DNA of 64,000 nt from the human T2T-CHM13v2.0 reference genome, Homo sapiens: the NCBI RefSeq assembly GCF_009914755.1, contig NC_060932.1. One strand, 5' to 3'. The translations under genes were made by a program, and so were the position numbers. The notes below the pieces were generated by a model. The model had not been told where the DNA came from. It worked only from the letters and a program-made list of their open reading frames with translations, and did no database searches. Shown here one piece after another: positions 12,192-24,938 of the stretch (its first letter is position 1; each line of letters opens with the position of its first letter).

Positions 12192-12759
12192 GAGGGCCTC
12201 TCACATGATGGCAGTTTCCCTCCCATGCCCCTCACAGCACAACCAGCCCTGGCGTTGGGGAAAGGGTTCTTCATGTTCCCACTGCCTCCTCCAGTCCCTC
12301 TCCCTCTTTCCTGCTCAGGCATTGATGTGTTGTTAGAAGCTTCCCAGAGCCAGAGTTCAAAATGATTCCCCTGATATACTCACACCATTCATCTCATAGA
12401 TGAATTCTTCACACTCTCCTCCTCAAAAACCTCTTCCCTGTCCTTACTCACAGCTTCCTAATCCATGGGGAAAATGGAAAAAATCCAAGAAGAACATGCA
12501 CCTCACTCCTCACCCCGTCTACCCTAGTGCATCTACTCTCAGACGTTCTGGCTTCCCTCCCCCACCACTCTGTTACCAAGAATGAACTCTCCTGCTCCTG
12601 CCACCCTCCCTGCTGGGCATCCCACTGGCTCCTACATTCTCCACTTGCCCCTTCACTCTCTCCTGCATCATTCATGTTTCACTCTTTACCAGAAATTTCC
12701 TATTGGCAAAATAATACAATATTACTTCCACTAAAAAAAAGAAAAAAAAATCTTTACCC

Positions 12760-13250
12760 CACATCCCTCTCTATTGCCCCAAGTCTGTATTCTCTCTTTT
12801 AAAGCAAAATTCTTTAAAAGGATTGTCTTTACTAGCTCTCTCCAATTCCTCTATTCTCATCCATTCCTGAACCCATTCCAGTCATAATTTCTCTCCCACC
12901 ATCCCATTGAAACTGTTTCCCAATGACACCCAAGTCACTAAATCCAAGGTCAATTTAAGTCCTCATCCTGCTTGACTCTTTCAACAGCACCTCACCCAGT
13001 TGATCATGGTCTCCTCTGAAGCACTTTCATTTTCTTCCCTTTCTTGGGAAGGAAAACCCAAGAGTGGGACTTCCAGAACGTCCCACTCTCGGATTTTCCT
13101 TCCTTCATGAGCTACTTATTCTTGGTCTCCTTTGCTGGTTCCTCTTTGTCTCCCTGAATTCTGTTAGGGTTTAGTTCTCAGAACTCTTCTCTATACTATA
13201 GTCACCCCCTGGATAATTTCAGTCAGTGTCAGTGCTTTAAATGCTCTTGG
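12760..13250 (+). mobile_element. L2 ORF2 (reverse transcriptase region) remnant
   Basis: GTCCTCATCCTGCTTGACTCTTTCAACAGCAC...GTTGATCA resembles the L2 RT motif LILLDLSAAFDTVDH. Confidence 0.75.
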
Positions 13251-15265
13251 CCAGGTCCATGGATCAGCAGTCTCCAGCAGTCTAGCAGTAAGAACAGTGT
13301 TTTTCTCCCAAGAATAATTTCTTGGGAATACGTTGTTGTTTTGGGATTGGGAGAATGTCTCTCTAAAATTCCAAGTAAGCACCATGCTTTGCTGAATTTC
13401 AGCAAATGGAGCCTGTACTGCCTTTTTAGTGAGGATTTTGCCTTACTAAGCTGGATTCCTGCTGGTTCTTTTTCATTATTGCAGCAGAACTGGTTCACAT
13501 GGAGGACTTTCTTCCATGTAACATTGATCTCTTAAAGACCGAATCTAATGTGCAACCACTTGACATAATGACCACAGGAGAAGCACAGAAAGCAAATGGA
13601 GAGCTTTGCATTCCTGCTGTCACTGGTCATCATCATCCAGGCTGCCTAAGCCTCCTTGGAAAACAGAGAGACATCACCCCATCACAGCCCCCATCACTGG
13701 TCAAAACTTGAGTTCATGCTGTCAGACCATTCTCATTCATTCTCTCACAAGCCTGAGTTTATTACAGCCCACATCTCAGAGGAAATATTCCATATCTTGA
13801 GTTTATCACTATCTTTATTCAGCCTCCCAACAATTTTAGCTAAAGCTACCCACCAAGCCTTCTCTTAAATTCTGCAATTTGAAAAAAAAAAGAGATACCA
13901 TTCAAGGTATTAACTCCATTCTTCATTATTCATTCACTCATTCATTTCTGTACAAAGCTCAGTACACATGGTCAAACAGGGAAGCAGAGATGTAAAGCAA
14001 CTGAAAAACTGCTGGAATGGAGGCAATACAAGGTTAAGTAGAGTATCTTCTCTTTCATGCCAGTGTTTTCGTACATGTTTTTCTCCTTGTTTGAAATAAT
14101 AATAGCTAAGATCTAAAGAGCACTTAGTAATATGTCAAGAACCATGTACAATTTATTTTTCCTCAACTGAATGGAATAGCTATTTAACATCTTTTTGCCT
14201 TAGTTTCTCTTCTCAAAGATTGTGGAAGAGTCTCAAGTTGACAGGCACGAACCTAACATAATTTTATTTTTTTAGGACCTGAAAGCAGCTATATATACTC
14301 TGTCATTTTAGCTATTAGAGAGTGTTTGTCTTCTCACTCAGGACTCTGTGCCATTTATTTTAAAACTGCAAGCTTCTATTTGCTTCAAGGTTCTCCCCCT
14401 GACCATCCCGCACTGACTGGATTTATAGCTCCTCTAGTCCCGGATCGTGGGCAGGGGTGGGTTAGGATCTGCATTTTTACCACCTCCCCTCTGCTGTCTC
14501 TTTCAGGGATTCACCTTCTGGTGTTGGGCAGGAAGAAGAAAGGGGCAAGGCACCTCCTTATGTGAGTGCTCATGCTGAGGTTGTTGTCCTATTTTAATGT
14601 TCATCCAACTCCAATCCAGCTCATGGTCTCCAGCCTTGGGAAGTAATATGGTGGTCTCACACACTCTACTGACAGGCCTTCATCTCATGTGACTCCTTAG
14701 GCATCAATGGTCACTTTCCTTTTTTTGTTTTTGTTTTTGTTTTTTTTTTGGCAGAACTCTCACTGCCTTCCTCTGGTGCATGAAACTTTTTGTCCCATTC
14801 TGGAGCAGCCTCCACAGTGCAGCAGCCTCATCCCATCAATCCTCTGCAGGATGACTGGGGTTTCCCTTTCGACATGACTGTGCCCTCTGACTTCTCTTCC
14901 CAGTCCTCTGATGAGTTGGAGGAGCAAATCATGAGCCCCAGCTGGATTGGACAGGGACCAGGCCACGAAGGGCTGGTAATGGAGTAAAGCGTTTATGCTT
15001 TAGGCCAGGTGGAGCCACCAAAGAATTTTGAACAGGGGAGTGATATGATTAGATTTATTACAATCCTTCTTAGAACACAGCAGAGAATGGACAGGAGAGT
15101 GTGAGACTAGCAGCAGGGAGACTAATAGAGCCAAATGCCATGCTTTTCCACTTGCATATTGTCTGCAAACATGGCCAATCTTGATCACCCTTTTTGCTTA
15201 TGACGTAATCTAGAAGGTGATTCAACATGCCTTGGGTGAGTCGGTCCTTTCTGTCTATGGAAGGC

Positions 15266-15699
15266 TGTAGTGGGTTGAATTACATCCCCCTCAAAGGTAT
15301 ACTGAAATCCTAACCCCTGGTACCTGTGCCTGTGGCCATAGTTGAAAATAAGATATTTGCAGATGTAATGAAATTAAGGTCATGATGGATTAGGGTGGGC
15401 TCTAAATCCAGTGACTGGTGTCCTTTTAAGGACAGGGGAGGTTTGAAGACACACAATGAAGAAGGCTGTGTGAGGAGAGAAGCAGACATTGGAAAGATGC
15501 AGCTATAAGTCAAAGAATTCCAAGGACTGCTGGCAACCACCAAAAGCCAGGAAAGACAAGGAAGGATTCTTTCTAGAGTCTCAGAGGCAGTGTGGCCCTG
15601 CTGATACTTTGATTTCCACAATGATGAGAACATTACTGTTTTTTTTTAAGTCACCAAGTTTGTGGTAATTTATTATAGCATCCCTAGGAAACGAACACA
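15266..15699 (+). mobile_element. MLT1C-like solo LTR
   Basis: TGTAGTGGGTTGAAT start, GGATTAGGGTGGGCTCTAAATCCAGTGACTGGTGTCCTT, CTAGGAAACGAACACA end. Confidence 0.85.
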
Positions 15700-18600
15700 G
15701 GGCCAAATAATTACAGAACATTAGAACCATCTCCATGATCAGATGAGAAAGCTCAGGCCCAGAGATGTGACGTGGATTCCCGAAGTCCCCAGAGGATTCA
15801 CGGCAAGTCCCGTAGATAAGGAAGGTATACTTGGGGAAGCAGGGACCGTTTACCCTGGTGGTAGTTTCTGACACTTCTTTGGCTGCCTGCATTTGACTTC
15901 AGACCCTCAGCTCTTTGCCTAACCAGACCCTTCTTCTCATCCCCTACCCAAGCCTCCCTCAGTCCTCTCTCCCTGATCATCCAGTTTGCAAACTGTCTGC
16001 CCACCCAGGACCTAGCTGGAGTCAGCTCTGGGGATCTGACTCAACACCTGTCTGAGCCTGACCCATCCCTGCTGCCAAGTGCAGCCACTGGGGTCTCCAA
16101 GTCATCTCGTGAGCTGACCCTGAGGGATCTCTCCAGCTCCTAGACCCAAACATTTATTACACTAAAGGCAAGGCCACATCATTTTCATGAGTCTCTTTCC
16201 CACTAGACTATAAGCTCCTTGAGGAAAGAGACCATTTACTTTTACAAATCTTTCTTTTTTATACCCAGCACAATACCTGATCCATGGTGAGCTCTCAAGA
16301 ATACTGAATGATGTTGTTAATTGAGTCATTTCTTTACAAGCTGTCTAACATGCCTCAGCCCTATGGAGAGAGATTGGAGGGGCCCCAGGGTCAGTTCACA
16401 TGGGAAGTTCCCACCCCATGAAAAAGAATATGTGCAAAGAGATCAGGCAGAGTTACCAGCAGTTAACAAGTATTCCACAAAAAAAGAATATTGCATGTGC
16501 AAATAAGTTTGGGGAAGGCTATGTCATAAAGAGTTAAACCTCTGTCTTTACTATAGGACCTGGAGGGATCTTGAATATGCTAATATGCAGCTCTCCAAGA
16601 TGAGTATCAATAGGAATCACTCTTCTCCACACAACACCTGACTTGCACCCCGCGTCCCTTCTTTTCTGCTGAAGAATATTTGGATTTCTAGTGAATTTCT
16701 GTTTTGTTTTTAAGAGGAACATGAGCCAAAGGCGGAACATGAGCCAAAGGAATCCTCTTGTGAGCTGTAAGTCTGCCCGCTCGGTTTGAAGATGCTGACA
16801 TGGCCCTAAATGTCACCACATGGATATTAAAATCTTTGGCTTCTCCCCACTCCACAGTGCCTCTGGGCTCTTTTGCCAGAGTGCTTTACGGGGGAAAATA
16901 GGCAGAGGAAATAGATGACCGCAGTGTTGCGTGGCAGTCACCTAGGAGACCAGCTGTGCCTCTCAATTCTGAGTGCAGCCCCAAATAAATGAGGCTCTGA
17001 TGTGTGCGAGCTGAGCAGATCGCTCCTTGAGCATGGGGGACTGTTGAGAATGGAAACACTTTGAGCCTCCACTATGTTAGAGAGGAAGAAAGTGGAGCCC
17101 AGAGAAGTGACATAGCTTCCACAGCATCACGGAGCCAATGCTTGTCTCGTCAAATGTAACTCTCAACCTGGTTAAAACTGTAACTCAACCACCAACCATT
17201 ATAAGGTGCTGTATTTTTAAAACTTGCTTCAGAAATAAATATATGCAGTCTGGGGTCCTAGCGTGGGCGTAGTAGGAAGGCCAGAAGACAAAGGCAGCCA
17301 TCATCAGCCATTAGGATAGCAAGGGATTCCTAGGTAGAGGTGATGCAGGTGTGATTTGTCTCCTCCAGTTCTCAGCTGCACTTATTCCCACCTTTTGCTC
17401 ACTCCCAGGCAACCACAGGGGATCTGGGAAGGAATCCTCCTCAGGTTCCCCAGGAGATTCTGCCCCAGTTTCCTGAGCATTCACGGCTAACAATTCCAAG
17501 GAGAAAGAGGCACCCGGCCTTCTCTCTAAGGGCATCCCTCTTCCCTGTGTTAAACCTGCAGCAGCAAGCCCAGCTGAGCACCTCCCACACCCCCTGACCC
17601 TCCAGGGGACTCTGCATCAGGGACAGAAGGGGAAGGGAGAAAGTGTGGTGGCTTTGTTGTCCCCTTCACACCCCACTCAGCATCCATTCACCTTCTCTAA
17701 GAGCACCCTGATCCCTGATTTCCTCCTGGTTTGAGTTGTAGTGGGATGGTAAGCCCAGGCACCTGCCCTCCAAATAAAGCAATCAAAATCTCCTTCCCCC
17801 AGAGCCTCCCTCAGTATCCCAGTGTTACAGGGGTCAGGCATGGGACCACACTCAGTAGCAGGGGCTTTCTCATCTCTGCATCTTGAGTCCGTGTCCCTAG
17901 GAATGGTGATATGTCCAGAGTCCTACTCCCCTGTGGTGGCACCCTGGGCATGCAGTCCTGCTAGAATTCTACTCCTGGGGCTTTGCTTCCTCATCCTCTA
18001 GGGCTTTCTCACCTTTTGCTTGTCTCCTAGCCTAGTTTTCCAACATTCCCTCTGATTCTACAGGCACCTGATCTACCTCCCCATAACCCCATTCCCCTGG
18101 CCAACCAGAGTCACTTTATGTTGCTTGCAATCAAAGACCCCTAAGGATACAAATTTGTGCACCAATAACCCTCAGCAGATGTAGTAAATACTTAAACTCT
18201 CACCAAGTGCCAGAAAGAGGAAAATGTTTGGGGAGAAGTGGGAATGGCAGGGGAAGAAATCCAGGAAGTCTTTGAAAAGGAGGAGATGTCTAGGGATTGG
18301 AAAGATCCCCTACAGGGTCAGGAATGGCCTAAACACTTAAGCAAGTGCAGACAGGGACGCTTGTGCACAGGTGGAGCAGCTGCAGGGAGGGGAGAAAGCA
18401 GAGTGTGTCCCAGGCGCCCCCTCTGCCGCTGCTTCTGCAGGACAGCCATAGCTGGGTCCCCCCACTGCACCTTCTCCCCAGAACTGAGATGCAAATGCAG
18501 CCACAAAAAAGCTGGCACCCACCCCTTCCTTCCACCTCTGGGCAGGGGCCAAGGGGAAAGGGGCTGGGGTTTCTCAGTGGTGACAACAAAGCCAAGCCAA

Positions 18601-20139
18601 GGAGGCATATGTGGCAACCTTGCATCCTCATAAGGGTCTTTCCTGAATGCCCAAGCCCAGAGCTTCCTCTGAGCGTACCTGGGGGCCATTGCAGCATTGG
18701 GTTCTAGTAACTTCTCCCCCTCTCTGCCGCTCCCTCCCCGAGCTTACTGGAAAAGTTCCCTCTTCATGTTTACAATTCTCCATTTCCCACTGGGCCATAA
18801 TGGCCCATGCTCCATAAGCATGGAGACTATGCTTATAATGCTCTGCATTAGTCATTTCCACAGAGATTCAAGCAAAACAGCAAATCCAAGTGAATTAATT
18901 CTGACAAAACTCTGGCAAAGAAAAAAAAAAGGAAAAAGGGCCAATTGCTTATTATAGTCCTCAAAGTCAAAACGAGGGGTTACGGCAACTTATCTTGTGT
19001 TCCCCAGTGTCAAGGACAAAGGTGAGATAAGACTGATCCTCCCTTATGCCTGCCTCTTTCTTCACAAGGAGATTGGAAATAAGGAAGGTCTGGGAACAAT
19101 TTGTTCAAGGTTTGAGCTGTTGGCTCCTAAACAAGGAGTGTTCTTGGGGAAAAACATTATAATGCAATTGTGACGAAAATCTCTTTTCAGTAGATTTGCA
19201 GAACATTAAATCCACAGACGGTCTCAGATGCAGTCCCTAGTTGATGAGAACAGCGCGGCTTTTGAATCTGAGTTTTCTCCCTGCCGTACCTGAGAACCCT
19301 CTCTTTCCATTTGGGGTGCTATGTTTGAGGTTTGGCAATGAAGTGGCATTTCCTTAAAAGGAAAAGAAAATACATATTTTGGTGGCTACGGCTCAGGTAG
19401 CACACGTTTCCAGAGGAAATGAAAGTCTTTGAAAGGAACGTTTGCCTCCTTCAGTATAAATAATGTTGATCTGTCAATGTCTTAACCTCTGTTTGGTGTT
19501 TAATGAGCAAAAATATATCTTTTCAGACATGGAGCACACTGGATCCTTTCTAGTGGGCCACACTGGGGTGAATAAAGATGAAAAGAAAAGCGTTATTGTG
19601 ACTCCAGTGGAATACAGTGTTCTTTACGCAATTATTCTGAAGTTTGGATCCAGGCTGTTCCTAGGGAAATACCAGCTCCTTCACCGGTATTTTTCTTTTT
19701 CTTTTTTTCTTTTTCTGCCTGCAAATCGTAACCCCTAGAAATTTTAAATTACTTCTTCGTGCTTAGCAAATTAACTAATTAGATGATTTCATTTGGACAT
19801 TGCATAATATGGTAGAGTTGGGGATTGGTCAAGTTCCTTGATTTGATTTGAGAACCAGTTCCAGGAGTTACTGGCTGATGGACCTCCTGAAAGCCATTTT
19901 TCCCTTCAAAGCCTCAGTTACCACAGGCATGAAGGGGGGTGATAATACCCACCTCACCCCCTTCAGCTGTTATGAAGATCAAATGAAATAATGAATTGAA
20001 AGTGCTATAATGCAGATCAAATAAAATAACAAATTGAAAGTGCTTTGGGAAGTACAAAGCATGTCACGATTAGAAGAGAGGGAAGGAAAAGGGAGTCATG
20101 GTTTATTGGGCACCCAATGCGTACCAAGTCTTCTGCAAA

Positions 20140-20800
20140 CTGACTCTTGCAATAGCCTCCTAAGCCCTCTCTACATCTCCAATCTTACCATGCTCGCCCC
20201 AATCCAACCCGAATGGCGTCCAAAATGACAGAAATCAGATCATGTCATTTCCAGCTCTAAAATCCTCCTGTCTCCCATTGCAATTATAATAGTATCCAAG
20301 CTCCTTGCCATGGCTTTATGAGGCTCTACCTGACTGCCTCCTCTCTCCCCAGTGCCTACTTCTCTACTTGGTCATACTGGTTCTTCCCATTACTGGACCA
20401 TGTTCAGCTTCTTTCTGTTTTGGGGCCTTTGCACATGTCTTAACCTCGCCAATCCTCTTCCTCCTTTGCAATTTGCATGTCATTTGCTTCCTCTCAGCTA
20501 GAACTGCCATATTGACCAGACCTGTTAAGTAATATACATCTCCAGGGGGTGCCATTCACATAGACTACAGTCTGCACGACAGCACATGGTGGCCCTGTTC
20601 TCAGCCTCCAGCACCACTCCTGTTATACCCTTGACTTGCACTACACTTCTCCTTCACAGCAATTTACACATTCAGAATCATTTATTTGTTAAATGTCTAT
20701 TTTCTCCACTAGTCCATCAGGGTAGGGACCATGACTTCCCTGTTCACCTAGAATCCTCAGCACCTACAACAGAAGGTACTCAGTAAATGTGTATGGACTG
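20140..20800 (+). mobile_element. L2 3' region interrupted by MER91
   Basis: AAATCAGATCATGTCATT...GGGCCTTTGCACATG...GAATCCTCAGCACCTACAACAG...ACTCAGTAAATG. Confidence 0.75.
20499..20597. mobile_element. MER91-like hAT-Tip100 MITE with 8-bp TSD
   Basis: Ends CATGGTGGCCCTG; internal CCAGGGGGTGCCATTCACATAGACTACAG; flanks CTCTCAGC (20491-20498) and TTCTCAGC (20598-20605). Confidence 0.7.
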
Positions 20801-21861
20801 ACTTTCCATGAAGTACAGATGAGTACATATCATGCTGTCTCAACACAAGGTCACTAAATAGGCATGAGCATTGAGGCTTGGCAAGTATCTCAGCAGCTTC
20901 CCATCATCCATCTCCATCCCCAGTGCCAGCATTGACCTGGAAGCTAAGAAGTCCTCCTATACCACAGACCAGGTGTAGAGGACCTCAGAGGAAGAAGGGC
21001 AAAGGGCCACTGGGAACTGAGTCCTGCCTTCTGCTGCTAAGAGACACATCACTGCCCACTAGAAGTATTTAGTGTCTCTCTCCAGAAATGAACTATTCCA
21101 AGGAAAAGTATATGAGAACAGACTCTCAAGTTCTGAAGAGCTGAATTTTAATCTTGCCCTATAATGGGTGAGCTGATGATTATTGGCAAGTAATTATAAA
21201 ATGTTCTATCCTTTATCCTTGCTAGGATTTTTTTAATTAAACAAGTCACTTTATAAGTAGAACCCTGAGCTCTAAGGCAGAATGACTCTAATAATGTGAT
21301 GCAGCAGTGTTGTTATACAGTCGATTAATAAACCTCTCAAAGTATGTGGTTGCCATTGCTTCCCTCTCACCTGGGTCTTAGCTGTAGCTAGCTTCAGTAA
21401 TAACTTGTTGATTAATCAATCACAAAGGATTTAGAAACAGAAGGTGATGTCTGCTCTGTGTTTTGCATAATATTAAAATAAATAACCCTAGCAAACTCAG
21501 TGCTCTTTTTTGGTGAGACCTCATTCATTGATTCTTAGAGCAAACATTTATCAAATGTCTTCTCTGCACCAGGGATTGTGTTATGTGTTGGGAAAGATGC
21601 GTTTCCTGCCTTTAAGAACCTCACCAGCTAGTGCAGGGGGTGGGGGGAAAGAGCGAACCAACGTGCAAGCAAACAATTGCAAGCAGAAGGTCAAGTCTGT
21701 TCTGATGGAGGTATGCACAGCATCCCACGGCAGCACAGCGGGGAAGCCAATCAACTCTGCCTGAGTGAGAAGACAATTCTCAGGGATACCATCTTAGACA
21801 AAGCTACTCTGCATCTCATGTAGATACTCAAGGGAGAAGAAGGTGGGAAGGCTTTCTGGAA

Positions 21862-22223
21862 TGTATTAGTCCGTTTTCAGGCTGCTAATAAAGACATACC
21901 TGAGACTGGATAGTTTATAAAGAAAAAGAGGTTTAATGAATTCACAGTTCCTTGTGGCTAGGGAGACCTCACAATCATGGCAGAAGGCAAAAGGCATGTC
22001 TTACATGGCAGCAGTCAAGACAGAATGAGAGCCAACTGAAAGGGGAAACCCCTTATAAAACCACCCTATCTCCTGAGACTTATTCACTACCATGAGAACA
22101 GTATGGGGGAAACCACCCCCATGATTCAATTATCTCCCACCAGGTCTTTCCCAGAACATGTGGGAATTATGGGAGCTAAAATTCAAAATGAGATTTGGGT
22201 AGGGGCACAGCCAAACCATATCA
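21862..22223 (-). mobile_element. THE1B/THE1C solo LTR
   Basis: TGTATTAGTCCGTTTTC ... CAGCCAAACCATATCA; TSD TGGAA/TGGAG (4 of 5 match). Confidence 0.9.
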
Positions 22224-22464
22224 TGGAGCTACTCCTGGGCAGTGAGAACCAATCAGATTCCTTCCAACTTCTAGTTATCCATTTAAATCTGATTCCCATC
22301 ATCTGAGTGCACACAGACCCACAGGAAGGAGAACAAACAAGGAACTGTTTGCAGAATACCAGCCCAGGCCCTCTCCAGGTAGACAGGAGGTTTATGGGCA
22401 GCAACATCACTCCAAATTCCTCTTGAATGAGTGAGGTTTGGCAGGGGGCACTCTGCCTAGTGCA

Positions 22465-22505
22465 TTTTTCTTCTTCTTCTTCTTCTTTTTTTTTTTTTTT
22501 TTTTT
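22465..22505. repeat. (TTC)n plus poly-T simple repeat
   Basis: Seen directly. Confidence 0.9.
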
Positions 22506-22959
22506 GTAAATTTGTGTATTTCTGACGAAATTTAATTCTTAGGAGTCTCACTTGCTTACATTCCAAAATGCCATTTTTTATTCAAGGTATAAGAAGCCTC
22601 TATACACCCTTTCTTTCCAAAAATGTTAGATTTTTAAATTCCCAAAGTCCAGAATGTAGGCTCCAGATTTAAGCCTGGAAAATCAGTGAAAGTTTGAGTT
22701 ACAAGTGCTCTCATCTCTGACTCTCTGGGACTTCCACAGGGCTGGTGGTGACATGGTATAAGGCCGTGCAGTGGACAGCAAGCTTGAGCTGGCTGTGACC
22801 ATCGCATCTAGATTGGAGTTGGGGGCTGGCTTTTGTTGACCAACTAAAGTTCCATGGAGCTTTAGAAGGGCTGGATAGATCAGAAAATATTTTGATAAAT
22901 TTCCTGGAGGAAAGATGAGAGCCAAGGAAACAAAGGAAATAGCTAAAGTGGTCCACACT

Positions 22960-23725
22960 AGAAACATAAGTGACCAACAAACATATTTAAAAATGCTCAT
23001 CATCACTAATCAGAGAAATGCAAATCAAAACCACAATGAGATACCATCTCATACCAGTTAGAATGGCTATCACTAAGAAGTCAAAAAACAACAGATGCTG
23101 GCAAAGCTATGGAGAAGAAGGAACACTTACACACTGTTGGTGGAAATGTAAACTAGTTCAGTCGCTATGGAAAGCAGTTTAGAGATTTCTCAAAAAACTT
23201 AGAGCTACCATTTGATTCAGCAATCACATTTCTGGGTATACACCCCTCCAGAATAGATAATTCTGCCAAAAGACACATGCACTCCTATGTCTATCACCTA
23301 GCTATTCACAATAGCAAAGACATGGAATCAACCTAGGTGCCCATCAGTGGTGGATTGGATAAAGAAAATGTAGTACATATATACCATGAAATACTATGCA
23401 GCCACAAAAAAGGATGAAATCATGTCCTTTCAGCAACATGGATGGAGCTGGAGGCCATAATCCTAACTAATTAATGCAGGAGCAGAAAACAAAATACTGC
23501 ATGTTCTCACTTATAAGTGGGAGCTAAACATTGAGCACACATGGACACAAACGTGGGAACAATAGACACTGCAGACTACTACAGATGGGAGGGAGGGAGG
23601 GGGTATGGGTTGAAAAACTACTTATTGAGTACTATGCTCCCTACCTGGGTGCATTATACCTATATAACAAACCTGCACATGTACCCCCTGTATCTAAAAT
23701 AAAAGTCAACATTAAAAAAAGAGAA
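22960..23725 (+). mobile_element. 5'-truncated L1 (L1PB-like): ORF2 end plus 3' UTR
   Basis: GAAATGCAAATCAAAACCACAATGAGATACCATCTCA, ATGTTCTCACTTATAAGTGGGAGCTAAAC, AACAAACCTGCACATGTACCCC, AATAAA and A-rich tail. Confidence 0.92.
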
Positions 23726-24249
23726 AGAAAGAAATGGGCAGAAACCAGGGGGCGGGGGAGTGAATGAAAAAGACAGGAGGGAAGATGGGAACAGAAGAGT
23801 TGAGGACCAAGCAACATGAAGGGGTCCAAGGAACCTTTCGAAGCAGAATTGGATGACACTGTGTTTGAGTCAGTTTCTGATGCTATGGTACAATTCCTTT
23901 CATCTTTCCAAGCCTTCAGTAATGTCACCTACACACAAAAAATGCCTGTGGGAGAGGTTTGTTTCAGGAAAGTTAGCAACTGAGTTACTTGGCAAATGTA
24001 GTGCAAGGTCAAACATAGACTGAAATAAACAGACCTACCGAATCCCTCAGCCTCCTCCTCTGTCCTTGTGGCATTTATCTCTTTGCTGCTTGGGCACCAT
24101 ATTTGGGTGAGACAATACGTAAATTGATTAATTTAGTGGAAGAAGGAGCTCAAAACCCAAGGTGACCGACCACAAGCATGTAATTTACCCCAAAATTCCT
24201 GTGACTCTGGAGGAAGTAGTTGGAAGTTCCATAACCTGTAGTTCAAGGG

Positions 24250-24404
24250 TGCAATAGTTTGAATGTTTTTATCCCCTCCAAAACTCATGTTGAAACTTAA
24301 TCCCCAATGGAACAGCATTGGGAGGTGGGGCCTTTTGGGAGACGTTTAGGCCATGAAAGCTCTGTCTTTGTGAATGGATTAATCCCACCATAAAAAGGGT
24401 TTGC
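24250..24404 (+). mobile_element. MSTD-like LTR, 5' half
   Basis: TGCAATAGTTTGAATG...CCTCCAAAACTCATGTTGAAACTTAATCCCCAAT...GGATTAAT...ATAAAAAGGG. Confidence 0.85.
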
Positions 24405-24714
24405 ACAATATATCCACATCACGTAATGGGACTAGCTTACCACCCCCCCCACCATACCAAACAAAGACTGCCAGCACTACAACCAACACCTGCATTCGTC
24501 AAGCACCAACTGTGTTGTGTACCCAGCACCATTCCAGGCAATATGCAGATATCCACTACTTTGAGGTAGTTATTCTTACATGAGCACAGGGGTGCTTAGA
24601 GAGCAGACATAACCATATATAGAGGTCACTCAACAATTCTCATAAACTTAACTTTTGTTTGGTCTGTTCTTTTGATAGCAAAAACTGTTTATTAGTTCTG
24701 CCATCTGTAGCCTG

Positions 24715-24915
24715 AAGTATGGAAAAAACATAGGTTTTGGAGCCTACCTCTGACACTTTCTGTGTTAATTTGGGCAAATTCCTCAACCTCTCTGAGCCTC
24801 AGTTTCCATCACAGATCTAACACTTTCTTCCTTGCAAGATTAATGTGATATATGTAAGGAACCTAACACAGCTGTTGCCATGTAATCAGCACTCAATAAA
24901 TCATAGCTACCATTT
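24715..24915 (+). mobile_element. MIR SINE lying between the two MST halves
   Basis: TTGGGCAAATTCCTCAACCTCTCTGAGCCTCAGTTTCC core and GCACTCAATAAAT tail. Confidence 0.8.
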
Positions 24916-24938
24916 TAAAAAGACAGTGGCTGGGGAGT

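Noticed and set aside
18411-18430. GGCGCCCCCTCTGCC as a reverse CTCF site
   Set aside because: Only the AGGGGGCGC half matches; the CC(A/G)(C/G)(C/T) half does not.
18238-18957. Stack of 70-131 aa ORFs in several frames
   Set aside because: No homology recognised and ORFs occur on both strands; consistent with chance.
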